Notes: generated from the sequence alone by a model not told the origin. A stretch of DNA of 64,000 nt from Abditibacterium sp. (GCA_965199495.1 CBDASK010000003.1:4032001-4096000); one strand, 5' to 3'; shown: positions 38,145 through 47,842, counted from the first letter of the stretch. Numbers and translations: made by a program.

Positions 38145-41100
38145 TTAATTGGACGAAGCCGTCGCCAGTTCAATCGCGCGGTTTAACTTGTCGCCCGCGT
38201 AAAGCACGCGCCCATCGCGCCCGATAACGGCGTATTCGGATTGACCGTAGCTTTGGAATGTCTGCCAGCCCAACGCGTTTTTGTCTGGCACAACCGCATC
38301 GACGGCGACGGGAAACCCCAGTCTGCGCGCGGCTTCGTCGGCGCTGATGTCGAATATCGGAGAAGTGACGCCCTTCACTTGAATTTGCACGCCGACGAAA
38401 TGAAATCGCTCGCCAAACGAGCGCGCCACATCGCGGATTTCGTTGTCGTTGCCGCCAAACGCGCCGAACATCAAAAATACCGGTTTATCGCGCAATTGGT
38501 TCAGCGATAACGCGCGACCATTCGACCACTGCACCGCGTGTAGCGGTGGTGCTGTTTTGCCGACGAGCGTTTCGGGTTTGACCGAACTTCTCAGCATCCG
38601 ATCGATGCGCGGGTAACTCGGATTGCGCGGCACTTTGGCCAGCCGAATCACCACGTTTTGATCGCCGCCCATCGCTTTCACCGGCTGCCATTGGTTGAGG
38701 CCCGGCTGTTGCGGGCCATAAACCGCGACCGAAATTGGCCCCGCCAAAACCTGCGGAATCGCAAATCGCCCATTTTTATCGGTGCCCACCGCGTTATCAC
38801 TGCCCGAAGCCGCGACCGAATAACCGCGCGCCGGTTGGTCGTCGGTGCCGTAAATCACGCCTTTCAAGGTTTTGGGCGCGCGTCGCAACGTCAATTCCAA
38901 ACGCCGCGTTTGGCCGGGTTGAAGCGGCGCCATATCAGTCACCCTGTCCGGTGAGTAACCGCTTTTCTTGGCTTCGACCCAGACGCTGGTGCCGGCCCGC
39001 AAGCGCGCGTAGCGAAACGCGCCGTTTTTATCGGTTTTGGTTCGGTCGCCGCTCAAGCCTGTTCTGCCGTAGAAGTGCGTCATGTTCACCGATATTCCGG
39101 CGAGCGGACGCTTGTTTTCGTCAAGCACGCGGCCTTCGACAATGGCCCACGCGTTGGGCGCCAACTGCAACTTGATCGAAGTGCCGGGCGCCGCAAAAGT
39201 CGAGTAGGGCGTCGTCATTTCGGCTTTGTCGGCGAAAAGTTGCACCAGTTTGTCGGAAACCTCGGCGGGCAAAGCGAAGCGTCCCTGCGCATTAGGTTGC
39301 ACTATTCTGTCAGAAACTTCAGCGGGCAAAGCGAAGCGTCCCTGCGCATCAGTTGGCACCGATTTGTTCAAATGAGAACCCATCTCGGCGGTATTTCGAT
39401 AAACGACTTGGGCGCCCGCGACGGCTTTACCGTCCAGCCCCACAACAACCCCACGAATCGGCGCGACCTGCGGTTTGGTGGGCACCGCGATTACAAACTC
39501 GCGTTTCTCGCCGACCTTTAAATTGAAGTCGAACTGATATTTGGCCGAGTCTATATCTTCGAGGGGCGCGCTCATGCCCTGCGCCGGAACCCACAAATGT
39601 TGTGCGCCCGCCAGACTGCGAAAACGAAAGTAGCCGCGCGCATCAGTCGTAGCATAATCGTAACTGCCCTGACTGTTGCGCAGACCAAGCGCCTTACCTC
39701 GAATCGGCTGGCCGGTCTGCTGCGATGTAACGACGCCCTGAATTAAGCCACCACGCGGCATAACCGCGTCCACGCGTTCGAGCGGCGACTGGAGCGTTTG
39801 CTTTTTATAAAACTCGATGCCGTTCGAGTTTTTCGGGCTGGGCGTGAACCAGACTTGATAATTGCTGGGCCGCAGATTCTCGATTTTGTAGTTGCCTTTG
39901 GCATCCACTTCGACGGGTTTGCCGTAACTTTCCCATGCGCTACCCAGTGCGTCTTTCACGCCTTGCGCCTCGGCGGCGCTGACGCGGCGCGTCATTACCG
40001 AAGTGCCGACTGCACTGGTGCCATCGGGCGAAGTGACGTGTCCCACCAAAACAACCGTTCTACGAATTGTAAAGGTGCGTTTGGTCTGTGGCGCCTCTAA
40101 ACTCACCAGCTCGTCAATGCCGATTTGTGACAATTGGCGCGCCTTGATTTGCGGCGCATCGAGTTGAAACTGCGCGACAAAGTTGGCTGGCAATGCCCGA
40201 AAGCTCACTTCGCCGTTCAAATTGGTTGTGCCGCGCATCGCGTTCAAGATTGGTCTGGGAATGTCGGCCCATAAGTTCTGTGATGGCCCTGCGCGGCGCA
40301 GCGAAACTTTCAAACCGTTAATTGGCTTGCCCGCGCCGTCAACAAAGCGCAACTGCGTGCGTGCGGCGGGCGCAACACGAACATTTAGAGGCGAATCCGG
40401 TTCGCGATAAACGTCGTAATGCACCATACCACGCGCGCCCGCATACACCAGGATTTCGGGCCGATTTTTGAGACCTCTCAACGAAAACTGGCCGTTGGCA
40501 TCGGTCGTCGCCGTTTGCAAAGGTGTGGCACCATTTTGCATCGGCTCCATCGCGTAAACCGTCGCACCAATTATTGGTGTGCCAACATAATCGCGCACCG
40601 TTCCGCTCAATACGCGCGTTTGTGTTGCCGATTGCGTTTCATTCTGCGCCCGCGCCGTCAACCGCAACGGCACAACCGCCGCGAACGAAACCAACAGCGC
40701 GCCCGCCAAAATCCAACCGACGCGGCGACGTGGCTGCATCGGCGCGCGGCCCAAGCGTTTGAGGCGCGTTTGGAGCGCGAAGAAACCATCGTTGACGCCC
40801 GCCGTTAAGGGCGAGGGTTGCGAACTTTCGGCGCCAATCAGCAACGCGCCATACAATTTGGGCGCGATTTGCGTCAGTTGCAACGTTAATTCGTCGCACG
40901 CGCTTTCGACTTCGAGCGCGTGATAACGCCGCGAAAACCAACTCAACGGATGAAACCATAACGCGGTTTGCATCGCCCACAGCAACGCATTCCACGTTAA
41001 ATCGCGGCGGCGCAAATGCGCCAATTCGTGCGCGAAAACCGCTTCGAGATGCGATTCGTCCAATGTGTGCGGCACGACAATTGTTGGGCGCGCGATGCCA

Positions 41101-41699
41101 ACCAAAAACGGCGAACCGCTCGCGCTTTGCAGCAATCGCGGCGCGCGGCGAATTTTTAAGCGCGCGGCGATGGGACGCAAAACTGCGTTGTCGAGCGGCC
41201 CACACGCGCGCAGAGCGCGGCGCACGCGCACGATATTGCGCGCCAAAAGCGCGAGTTGAAGCGCGATGCCCAAGAGATAAATGCAGACCGCCACATCGTC
41301 CCACGAATTGATGTCGATCAAATAATGCGGCTTCGCAACCGGCGCGCGTTGAATTGTGGGCGCTTGAATAATCGCAGACGGCGCCATTTCGACGGGCGCA
41401 TTTTCCGTATCGGGCGATGCAGCCACGGCGGGCGCGTTGGCGATTATTGGCGCTTGAATCGCGGGCGCCTCAATGGTTTTCGGCGCGACAATCGGCGCTT
41501 TCGCGGGCAAAATCGCGACGGCGATTGGCGCGAACGGAATCAGCGCCAAAGCCGTTTGAATTAAGGCGACCCGCCAAACCCAAACGCGCCAGCGCGCCGG
41601 AACGCGGTTCGATAAAATCCACTGCAAAAGTAGCGCGATGCCCAGAGCAGCCACGCCGAACAGACTGGCGCGTTGGAGAATTAAAAAGAACTCGTTCAT
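38145..41699 (-). CDS. BlaR1/MecR1-like M56 metallopeptidase with large beta-sandwich repeat ectodomain
   Basis: SPFLVGI-RP, HELAHLRRRD, WFHPL-W, ESACD; ATGA overlap with the blaI-like gene. Confidence 0.92.
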   Translation of the reverse strand: MNEFFLILQRASLFGVAALGIALLLQWILSNRVPARWRVWVWRVALIQTALALIPFAPIAVAILPAKAPIVAPKTIEAPAIQAPIIANAPAVAASPDTENAPVEMAPSAIIQAPTIQRAPVAKPHYLIDINSWDDVAVCIYLLGIALQLALLARNIVRVRRALRACGPLDNAVLRPIAARLKIRRAPRLLQSASGSPFLVGIARPTIVVPHTLDESHLEAVFAHELAHLRRRDLTWNALLWAMQTALWFHPLSWFSRRYHALEVESACDELTLQLTQIAPKLYGALLIGAESSQPSPLTAGVNDGFFALQTRLKRLGRAPMQPRRRVGWILAGALLVSFAAVVPLRLTARAQNETQSATQTRVLSGTVRDYVGTPIIGATVYAMEPMQNGATPLQTATTDANGQFSLRGLKNRPEILVYAGARGMVHYDVYREPDSPLNVRVAPAARTQLRFVDGAGKPINGLKVSLRRAGPSQNLWADIPRPILNAMRGTTNLNGEVSFRALPANFVAQFQLDAPQIKARQLSQIGIDELVSLEAPQTKRTFTIRRTVVLVGHVTSPDGTSAVGTSVMTRRVSAAEAQGVKDALGSAWESYGKPVEVDAKGNYKIENLRPSNYQVWFTPSPKNSNGIEFYKKQTLQSPLERVDAVMPRGGLIQGVVTSQQTGQPIRGKALGLRNSQGSYDYATTDARGYFRFRSLAGAQHLWVPAQGMSAPLEDIDSAKYQFDFNLKVGEKREFVIAVPTKPQVAPIRGVVVGLDGKAVAGAQVVYRNTAEMGSHLNKSVPTDAQGRFALPAEVSDRIVQPNAQGRFALPAEVSDKLVQLFADKAEMTTPYSTFAAPGTSIKLQLAPNAWAIVEGRVLDENKRPLAGISVNMTHFYGRTGLSGDRTKTDKNGAFRYARLRAGTSVWVEAKKSGYSPDRVTDMAPLQPGQTRRLELTLRRAPKTLKGVIYGTDDQPARGYSVAASGSDNAVGTDKNGRFAIPQVLAGPISVAVYGPQQPGLNQWQPVKAMGGDQNVVIRLAKVPRNPSYPRIDRMLRSSVKPETLVGKTAPPLHAVQWSNGRALSLNQLRDKPVFLMFGAFGGNDNEIRDVARSFGERFHFVGVQIQVKGVTSPIFDISADEAARRLGFPVAVDAVVPDKNALGWQTFQSYGQSEYAVIGRDGRVLYAGDKLNRAIELATASSN

Positions 41700-42079
41700 T
41701 GGGCCTCCTTTTCGTCGTCCAAATGTTCGACTAATTCGCGCAACTGCGCTTTTTGTGCGGCGCTCAAATCGGCCTCGCCCAAATACGCCACGAACGGATC
41801 GAGCGAGCCGCCCAGCGTCTTTTCGACGAAGCGCCCGACGACGCCGCGCAACTGCGTTTCGTGCTGTTGCTGCGGCGCATACGCATAAGCGCCGCCGAGT
41901 TTGGCGCGCGACAAATAACCTTTGGCGCGCAATCGTTCGAGCATCGTAGTCACCGTGGTGCGTGCCAAATGATTGTCGGCGCCCCAACCCGCCACGATTT
42001 GCGCGACGCCCGCCGGAGCGTTGGCCGCCACCCAAGCCAACAACGCGCTTTCCTGTTCGCCCAATTTAGAATTGTTCAT
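41696..42079 (-). CDS. BlaI/MecI/CopY family repressor
   Basis: LGEQE--LL-WV, LARTTVTTMLERLRAKGYL-R, GGS. Confidence 0.93.
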   Translation of the reverse strand: MNNSKLGEQESALLAWVAANAPAGVAQIVAGWGADNHLARTTVTTMLERLRAKGYLSRAKLGGAYAYAPQQQHETQLRGVVGRFVEKTLGGSLDPFVAYLGEADLSAAQKAQLRELVEHLDDEKEAQ

Positions 42080-42080
42080 A

Positions 42081-42104
42081 ATTTAACGACAATTGTCGTT
42101 AAAT
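42081..42104. promoter_or_regulatory. perfect 24-bp palindromic operator (putative BlaI site)
   Basis: ATTTAACGACAATTGTCGTTAAAT immediately upstream of the blaI-like ATG. Confidence 0.8.
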
Positions 42105-42107
42105 CAG

Positions 42108-42137
42108 ATTTTACGCTATAACTATAAGTGTCGTCAA
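42108..42137 (-). promoter_or_regulatory. sigma70-type promoter of the blaI-like operon
   Basis: TTGACG-N18-TAAAAT on the minus strand. Confidence 0.6.
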
Positions 42138-42220
42138 GTGAGATTAGCAGAAATTATTTCTGTGGTAAAATTTCAGGTGTAGACAGGTTTGTTGTGCGAC
42201 TGTTTTTCACTATTATCTCC

Positions 42221-43561
42221 ATGAAACGAATTTCTCTTCTCTGCGTCGCGATATTTGGTTTGTGCGCCATTGGGCGCGCGCAACCAGCCACGGCGCCCGA
42301 TGTGGTGGCATCCGCAGCGACTCCACAGATTGATGTTCAGGCGCAAACGTTTATCGAGCAGATGGTAGCGCGTTACTCGGCGCTGAAATCGTATTCCGAT
42401 GTGACGCAAATGCGCATGGAAGACACGACGAAAGCCCCGACAAAAGCGGACGGCATGAAACCGATGGATTTTCAGGCGACGCTACAATGGGAGCGGCCCG
42501 CCGACATTCGCTTCGAGGGGCGCGATAGCAGCGGCGCGTTTCTGGCGCTGGGCACGCCCGATATTCTCCGCATTGTTTCGGCGCATCATCCCAATAATTA
42601 CGTCGCGCGCCAACGCAGCAAAATCCAAACGGTGACAGATTCCACTGGCAAGCAAGTGGAAGTTCCGGCCCCACCGATTCGGCTGGCCGAACCGACGTAT
42701 GGCGATCCGATACCGGGCGGCCCGGCGATGGGCTTTATTTTTCAACCAGATTCTTGGTCGCGCATGCAAAAAGATGTGCGCTCGCTGCAATTCGACCCCG
42801 ATGCACAAACCGATGGTGAGGATTGCCGCGTCGTGCGCGCGGATTCTTTGAGCGACGATGGCCACCGTTCCTCCACGCGCCTATTCGTCGCCAAAAGCGA
42901 CGGTTTGCTGCGTCGTGCGGAACTGTGGTTCGATCAATTGCCCGCCAATAATATCATCGTCGAAACGCATTCCGATGTGAAGGTCAATCCCGATTTGCCC
43001 GCTTCGACGTGGGAGTTTGAAGCGCCCGCTAACGAGCAACCGATCGATTATTTCTCGCGTTTGGACGAGCATAAATTCGATGCCGGTTTGAAAATTGGCG
43101 CGCTGTTGCCGACCTTTTCCGCCGAGGCTGTGGACGGTAGTCCGCTCGAACTGAACCCGAAAAGCGGTAAAGTCACCGTCGTCTATTTTTTCAGAATGAG
43201 CATGGGCACGCATGATGTCCAAGTCCTCAACAAAATCTCGCGTCTGGTCGGCCCCGACAAACTGCAAGTCGTCGGCGTTTCGGGCGATGGTTTGCGCCCG
43301 CGCATCGAAGAATTCGCCAAGCACTACAAATTGAATTTTCCGATTTACTTCAATGAAAGCGCTATGGCAAACCAATTAGTGCTAAAGTTCGGCGTCCAGA
43401 AATGGTCGAGCAGCTTTATTTTTGACAAAGACGGCACGCTAAAATTCGTGGATAGCAGCCCTTCATACTCTGATTTTCAGGATCATCTGCGCACGCTCAT
43501 TCCCACTCTGAAAAGCGCCGATTTTATTCCGCAAGGCGACGAAATCATCCAAGCCCAATGA
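42221..43561 (+). CDS. secreted LolA/DUF2092-like plus TlpA-like (no CxxC) fusion protein
   Basis: signal peptide; Y-ALKSYSD, DGLLRR, NPDLPASTWEFEAP; P-FS----G, GKVTVVYF, VVGVS-D, FIFDKDG. Confidence 0.7.
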   Translation: MKRISLLCVAIFGLCAIGRAQPATAPDVVASAATPQIDVQAQTFIEQMVARYSALKSYSDVTQMRMEDTTKAPTKADGMKPMDFQATLQWERPADIRFEGRDSSGAFLALGTPDILRIVSAHHPNNYVARQRSKIQTVTDSTGKQVEVPAPPIRLAEPTYGDPIPGGPAMGFIFQPDSWSRMQKDVRSLQFDPDAQTDGEDCRVVRADSLSDDGHRSSTRLFVAKSDGLLRRAELWFDQLPANNIIVETHSDVKVNPDLPASTWEFEAPANEQPIDYFSRLDEHKFDAGLKIGALLPTFSAEAVDGSPLELNPKSGKVTVVYFFRMSMGTHDVQVLNKISRLVGPDKLQVVGVSGDGLRPRIEEFAKHYKLNFPIYFNESAMANQLVLKFGVQKWSSSFIFDKDGTLKFVDSSPSYSDFQDHLRTLIPTLKSADFIPQGDEIIQAQ

Positions 43562-43854
43562 CCATATCATCGCGAATCATTTACGTGGACGTAGACGACA
43601 CCTTCGTTCGGAGCGTTGGCACCAAGCGCATTCCAATGCCCGCGACAATTCGGCATATTCGCGCATTGAAAGAGCAGGGCGCGCAAATGTATTGTTGGAG
43701 TTCGGGCGGCGCCGAATACGCTCAATCGAGCGCGCGTGAGTTTGGGATTGAAGATTGTTTTACCGCGTTTTTGCCCAAGCCGCAAATTTTGATTGATGAT
43801 CAAAATATCGGCGATTGGCGCGATTTGCAGTGGATTCACCCAGCGAGTTGTTGA
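43558..43854 (+). CDS. small HAD-like (DUF705-like) protein
   Basis: IYVDVDDT, WSSGG-EYA, PKP--LIDD. Confidence 0.75.
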   Translation: MTISSRIIYVDVDDTFVRSVGTKRIPMPATIRHIRALKEQGAQMYCWSSGGAEYAQSSAREFGIEDCFTAFLPKPQILIDDQNIGDWRDLQWIHPASC

Positions 43855-43976
43855 GCCGCCGCGATTGAGTTTTGCATGGTAAATTCTCAAATTCGATGGC
43901 TGGACTCTCGATAAAAAAGGCATTCAAATTGCTGAGACCCAGCGCGAAACCTTTTCAAAGGAGAACCAAAACCATC

Positions 43977-44192
43977 ATGGAAGATATTTTAGAAACAATC
44001 GAGAATTTGCCGACCAGCGTTTACTACGGTAGCGTGGCTGGCTCCATCGCGCTTTCGCTGGCCCTGTTTTTCACCGGCAAACGTCAAGAGGCCATCTTCG
44101 TCGGCCTATGGGCGCCCACGATTTTGAATCTGGGCCTTTACAACAAACTGTTGCGTCCCTCCAAAGAGGGCAAAGACACCGATATTCCGTGA
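43977..44192 (+). CDS. small membrane protein
   Basis: AAGGAG SD; SIALSL-LF, AIFVGLWAPTIL-LGLYNKL. Confidence 0.8.
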   Translation: MEDILETIENLPTSVYYGSVAGSIALSLALFFTGKRQEAIFVGLWAPTILNLGLYNKLLRPSKEGKDTDIP

Positions 44193-44201
44193 GAGCGGTC
44201 G

Positions 44202-44380
44202 GAAGAAAAATAGCCACAGAGAACACAGAGAACGCACAAAGGGCACAGAGAGAACAAAGAAAATTTCATTTAGAAGAACAAAATAAAAATGTTGCTCTTT
44301 TATATTTAATTTTCTTTGTTCTCTCTGTGCCCTTTGTGCGTTCTCTGCGTTCTCTGCGTTCTCTGTGGCTATTTTTCTTC
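44202..44380. repeat. palindromic CACAGAG-type nonamer array
   Basis: TAGCCACAGAGAACACAGAGAACGCACAAAGGGCACAGAGAG ... CTCTCTGTGCCCTTTGTGCGTTCTCTGCGTTCTCTGCGTTCTCTGTGGCTA. Confidence 0.9.
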
Positions 44381-45454
44381 TTCTTCAAAGTCAGCGCGCA
44401 AAACCACGCGGCGCCGCCCGTCTTTTTCGTAGACCGAGGGCATCGCGTCCTGCTCCTTCCACAAGCGTTCATACGATTCGTAGCGCGAGGCGGCGATTGT
44501 GCCCGCCGCCGTGGCTGCTTTGATGGCGCAGCCCGGTTCGATGATATGCGTGCAATCGTTGAACTTGCAATCGTTAATTAATGGCACGAATTCGGGGAAA
44601 CACCGGTCTAACGCGACATCTTCGGTTTCCAAGAGCGTCACGGTTTTGACGCCCGGCGTATCGGCGATGTAGCCACCGCGCGGGAGCGGATGGAGCGAAA
44701 CGTCGGTCGTGGTGTGGCGGCCTTTGCCGATGTCCATAACTTCGCCGATCCACAGTTGCAAGCCGGGCTGAACCATCATCACCAGACTCGATTTGCCCAC
44801 GCCCGAACTGCCGATAAACGCCGAAATGTGATCTTTCAAGGCCGCGCGCAACTCTTTGGTGCCGGTGTCCTTGCCCTTTTCCGCGCTCGTCAAAATGACT
44901 TGATAACCCAATTTTTCGTAGAGTTGTTGGTACGGCTCCAACTCTTTTTTCTGTTCGCGCGGCTTCATCAAATCAATTTTGTTGAAGCAAATCACCGCTT
45001 CCAGTTCGTTGGCTTCGGCTAAAACCAAGAATCTGTCCAGACGATGAGGATTAATATCGGGATCGCGCGCCGCCATCACGACGATGACCTGATCCAAATT
45101 CGCCACGGTAATTTGCGCGGTTTTGTTATAGCGCGAGCGGCCCAGCGCTGATGTGCGCGGCAAAACTTCCTCGATGAAACCTTCGCGCAGCAAGCGGCCC
45201 CGCGCGTCGGCGCCCGAAGTTTCGAGGACGCGCACGCTCACGCGGTCGCCGACCGAAACCGGTTGCGAAAAGCGGCGGCGCTCTTTTTTTGGGTTTTTCA
45301 ATCGTCCGCCCAGAGCGCACAAAATCGGCGCGCGGTCGTCGCCTTCGGATGGCACGTCCACTTCGTAAGTGCCGCCGCCCGCGCCCATCACGATGCCTTC
45401 GATCATTTCTGGCGCGTTTTCGATTTCGGTTTGATTATTTTCGGTTGAATCCAT
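44369..45454 (-). CDS. rsgA: ribosome small subunit-dependent GTPase A
   Basis: NKIDL, GSSGVGKSSL, GKGRHTTT, DTPG, CKFNDCTH--EPGC. Confidence 0.97.
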   Translation of the reverse strand: MDSTENNQTEIENAPEMIEGIVMGAGGGTYEVDVPSEGDDRAPILCALGGRLKNPKKERRRFSQPVSVGDRVSVRVLETSGADARGRLLREGFIEEVLPRTSALGRSRYNKTAQITVANLDQVIVVMAARDPDINPHRLDRFLVLAEANELEAVICFNKIDLMKPREQKKELEPYQQLYEKLGYQVILTSAEKGKDTGTKELRAALKDHISAFIGSSGVGKSSLVMMVQPGLQLWIGEVMDIGKGRHTTTDVSLHPLPRGGYIADTPGVKTVTLLETEDVALDRCFPEFVPLINDCKFNDCTHIIEPGCAIKAATAAGTIAASRYESYERLWKEQDAMPSVYEKDGRRRVVLRADFEEEEK

Positions 45455-45482
45455 ATTTAAAGTTTGGTTTTATCTGCCAACG

Positions 45483-45562
45483 GAACCCGGAGCGGAAGCG
45501 ACGCGGCTCAAGTATCAATTCTTAGACTAAAACTTGAGCCGCGTCGCTTCCGCTCCGGGTTC
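45483..45562. repeat. 31-bp perfect inverted repeat (REP-like doublet)
   Basis: GAACCCGGAGCGGAAGCGACGCGGCTCAAGT-N18-ACTTGAGCCGCGTCGCTTCCGCTCCGGGTTC. Confidence 0.85.
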
Positions 45563-45684
45563 TGTCCGTGCATTGGAATTTAAAGAACAGTTTGCGCGTT
45601 TTCGTGGGCATTGACCAACGGAGGCACGCGCGCGATTTGATAAAATTTGAGCGGCGCGCGCGTTTTGTCGTCCGCGCTGTTCTC

Positions 45685-47409
45685 ATGCGTTTTCTCCGCC
45701 GTCCGTCTCGTCGTCCCCTCATTCTTTCGTCCGTGGCTCTGTGCGTTGTCGCGGGCGGCGTTTGGTTCCAAATCGCGCGCCGCGCCGATGCCCAACTCGG
45801 AGGCCCAATTATGGGTTCACTGGGCGGCCCGGTTTTCACGCCTTCGCAAACCGCCCAAAACGCAGTGACACCAACAGCCACGCCGCGTTCGTCGCCGCCC
45901 GCCATCGTGCCGCAACCCACCGTTGCTCCCACCATAAACGTCGTCGCGCGTCAGACTCCGCGCGCGCCATCGTTGCCCGCGCCACCGCCGATTCCAGCCG
46001 CGCAACTGGTGCGCGTCGGCCTGTCAACCGAGCGCGGGACGTTATCAATTTGGAGCGCCAACGGTTTGATTTTGCGCGATTTGCGTCAGCCCGCGCGCGC
46101 GTTGCGCAGCGCGCCCGGCGAAATCGTCAAGTTCGAGCAGGGGGCGCCAGTCAACGCTAAAAGCGGCGTAATGGTATTTCGCGGCACAATTTCCCTCGAC
46201 ATTAACGGGCGCAAATCTACGGCGTGGCAATACGTTTCAGTTGCCGTGCCGGGTGACGAACCCGCGCGCGTGACGAGCAACGGCAACAGCGCGCGTTATG
46301 GTCGGCCCTATCGCGGTGGCTTCGAGGTTTTTCCTCAGCAGTTGGCCGAGCCAGATCACCGCAAAAACGCGCTTTCTCTGGTGAATACGGTGAATATGGA
46401 GGATTATCTCAAGGGCGTCGTGCCGTGGGAAATGGACGGGACTTCGCCGCTCGAAGCTCTGAAGGCGCAGGCGATGTGCGCGCGCAGCGAGACGATGAAT
46501 TTTAAGACGACGAAAAGGTTCGCGGCGGGCAAATTCGACATCTGCGATTACGACGCCTGTCAGGGCTATCCCGGAACCGAAAACGAAAAACCGATGACTT
46601 CGCGCGCCGTCGAGGAAACGAGCGGATTGGCTTTATATAGCGGCGGGCGCATCGCCGATGCGGTCTATTCGACTAATTCGGGTGGTATTTCGGCCAACGC
46701 CAACGATGTCTGGAAAAACTCCGACGATACCTCCTATCTTCAAAGCGTGCGCGATTTCGCGCCCAATTCGCCGCTCGCCAAAATCGTCAAACCCAACATG
46801 AGCGAAAACGATTGGCGCGCTTATTGTTCGCAATCTTGGCCGTCGTTCGCGCGCCCTTCGGACGAAGATCGCGCCAATCTGGCACGCCGCCGCGCCAGCA
46901 ACGCGCGCGTGGCTGCTCTTTACGGCCCCGACGACGAACCGGAATTTTATCGTTGGAAACGCTTTATTTCGACCGACGACGCGCTATTGTCGTTCGGCGT
47001 CAAAGGCTTCGCGCAAGTCACCGGATTTGAAGTCGCGCAGCGCGCCGGGTCGGGTCACATCCGCCAGTTGCGCATCGTCGGCTACGCCAAGCCAACGCCG
47101 GGCGCGACGGTTGTGCCGGGCAAAGAAAGCGCGCCGATGTCGGCGACTTTGGTCGGCGACAGCGCCATCCGCGCGATGTTTTCGGGCCGCATGGGTTCGA
47201 CGACGGCGTTGCCCAGTTCGACGTTTGTCGTTGACCCCAAAGTGGACGAAAGCGGCAAATTGTTGGGCTGGCAATTTACCGGCGCCGGTTGGGGACACGG
47301 CGTGGGAATGTGCCAACGCGGCGCACAAAACCACGCATTGGCCGGTTGGAACGCGCGCCAAATTATCAATTGGTATTATCAGGGCGTGCAGATTCGTAAG
47401 TTGTATTAA
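45685..47409 (+). CDS. SpoIID/LytB domain protein
   Basis: VN-EDYLKGVVPWEM, EALKAQA--AR, CQGY-G, GWGHGVGMCQ-GA. Confidence 0.93.
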   Translation: MRFLRRPSRRPLILSSVALCVVAGGVWFQIARRADAQLGGPIMGSLGGPVFTPSQTAQNAVTPTATPRSSPPAIVPQPTVAPTINVVARQTPRAPSLPAPPPIPAAQLVRVGLSTERGTLSIWSANGLILRDLRQPARALRSAPGEIVKFEQGAPVNAKSGVMVFRGTISLDINGRKSTAWQYVSVAVPGDEPARVTSNGNSARYGRPYRGGFEVFPQQLAEPDHRKNALSLVNTVNMEDYLKGVVPWEMDGTSPLEALKAQAMCARSETMNFKTTKRFAAGKFDICDYDACQGYPGTENEKPMTSRAVEETSGLALYSGGRIADAVYSTNSGGISANANDVWKNSDDTSYLQSVRDFAPNSPLAKIVKPNMSENDWRAYCSQSWPSFARPSDEDRANLARRRASNARVAALYGPDDEPEFYRWKRFISTDDALLSFGVKGFAQVTGFEVAQRAGSGHIRQLRIVGYAKPTPGATVVPGKESAPMSATLVGDSAIRAMFSGRMGSTTALPSSTFVVDPKVDESGKLLGWQFTGAGWGHGVGMCQRGAQNHALAGWNARQIINWYYQGVQIRKLY

Positions 47410-47413
47410 ACAT

Positions 47414-47842
47414 ATGAAACAAACTTTTGAATACGACGAAAATCTGTGGTTCACAATCGGCGATTGCTGCGAAGGCAAGCATTATTTGATTTATAATCCG
47501 CACACTTTTCCCGGTCGTATGGGCGCTTGGTGTCCGCTTAAAAAAACCAATTTTTGCGTTTCCAAAGCGGAAATCAAAGAGATGTCGCCCGAAGCAAATT
47601 ACTGGATCAAAGGCTTTTTAGTGGGCAACGAACCAGACGCGCCAATGGACAAAAATCACGACGATTATTTGCCCAAAGATCATCCGAAGCATCAACATTG
47701 GCGCGCTGAAATCGAGCGATTCCCAGAAACCGGATATTGGAATTTTTTCAAATACTTCTGCGAAAAATGTGGCGCCGAGGCATCGCTCACTCAAGACGGA
47801 ATCAAGTGTTTTAAATGTGGCGAACTGCACGACGAAGAATGA
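47414..47842 (+). CDS. hypothetical Cys-rich protein with C-terminal zinc ribbon
   Basis: ATG at 47414; CEKC...CFKC; more AT-rich than flanks. Confidence 0.7.
   Translation: MKQTFEYDENLWFTIGDCCEGKHYLIYNPHTFPGRMGAWCPLKKTNFCVSKAEIKEMSPEANYWIKGFLVGNEPDAPMDKNHDDYLPKDHPKHQHWRAEIERFPETGYWNFFKYFCEKCGAEASLTQDGIKCFKCGELHDEE

Noticed and set aside
37814..40770. Diversity-generating retroelement TR/VR pair
   Set aside because: No reverse transcriptase in the window, differences are not adenine-specific, and the repeat is at a TM junction rather than a C-terminal variable region.
41700..42035. N-terminal extension of the 1296-aa ORF; likewise extended starts of topA, plsX, SDR and the kinase-like gene
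   Set aside because: They overlap other genes, tRNAs or repeats; downstream ATGs match family N-termini.
44108..44581. 157-aa ORF with TENTENAQRAQ/SLRSLRSL repeats
   Set aside because: Translation of the palindromic nonamer array overlapping real genes.
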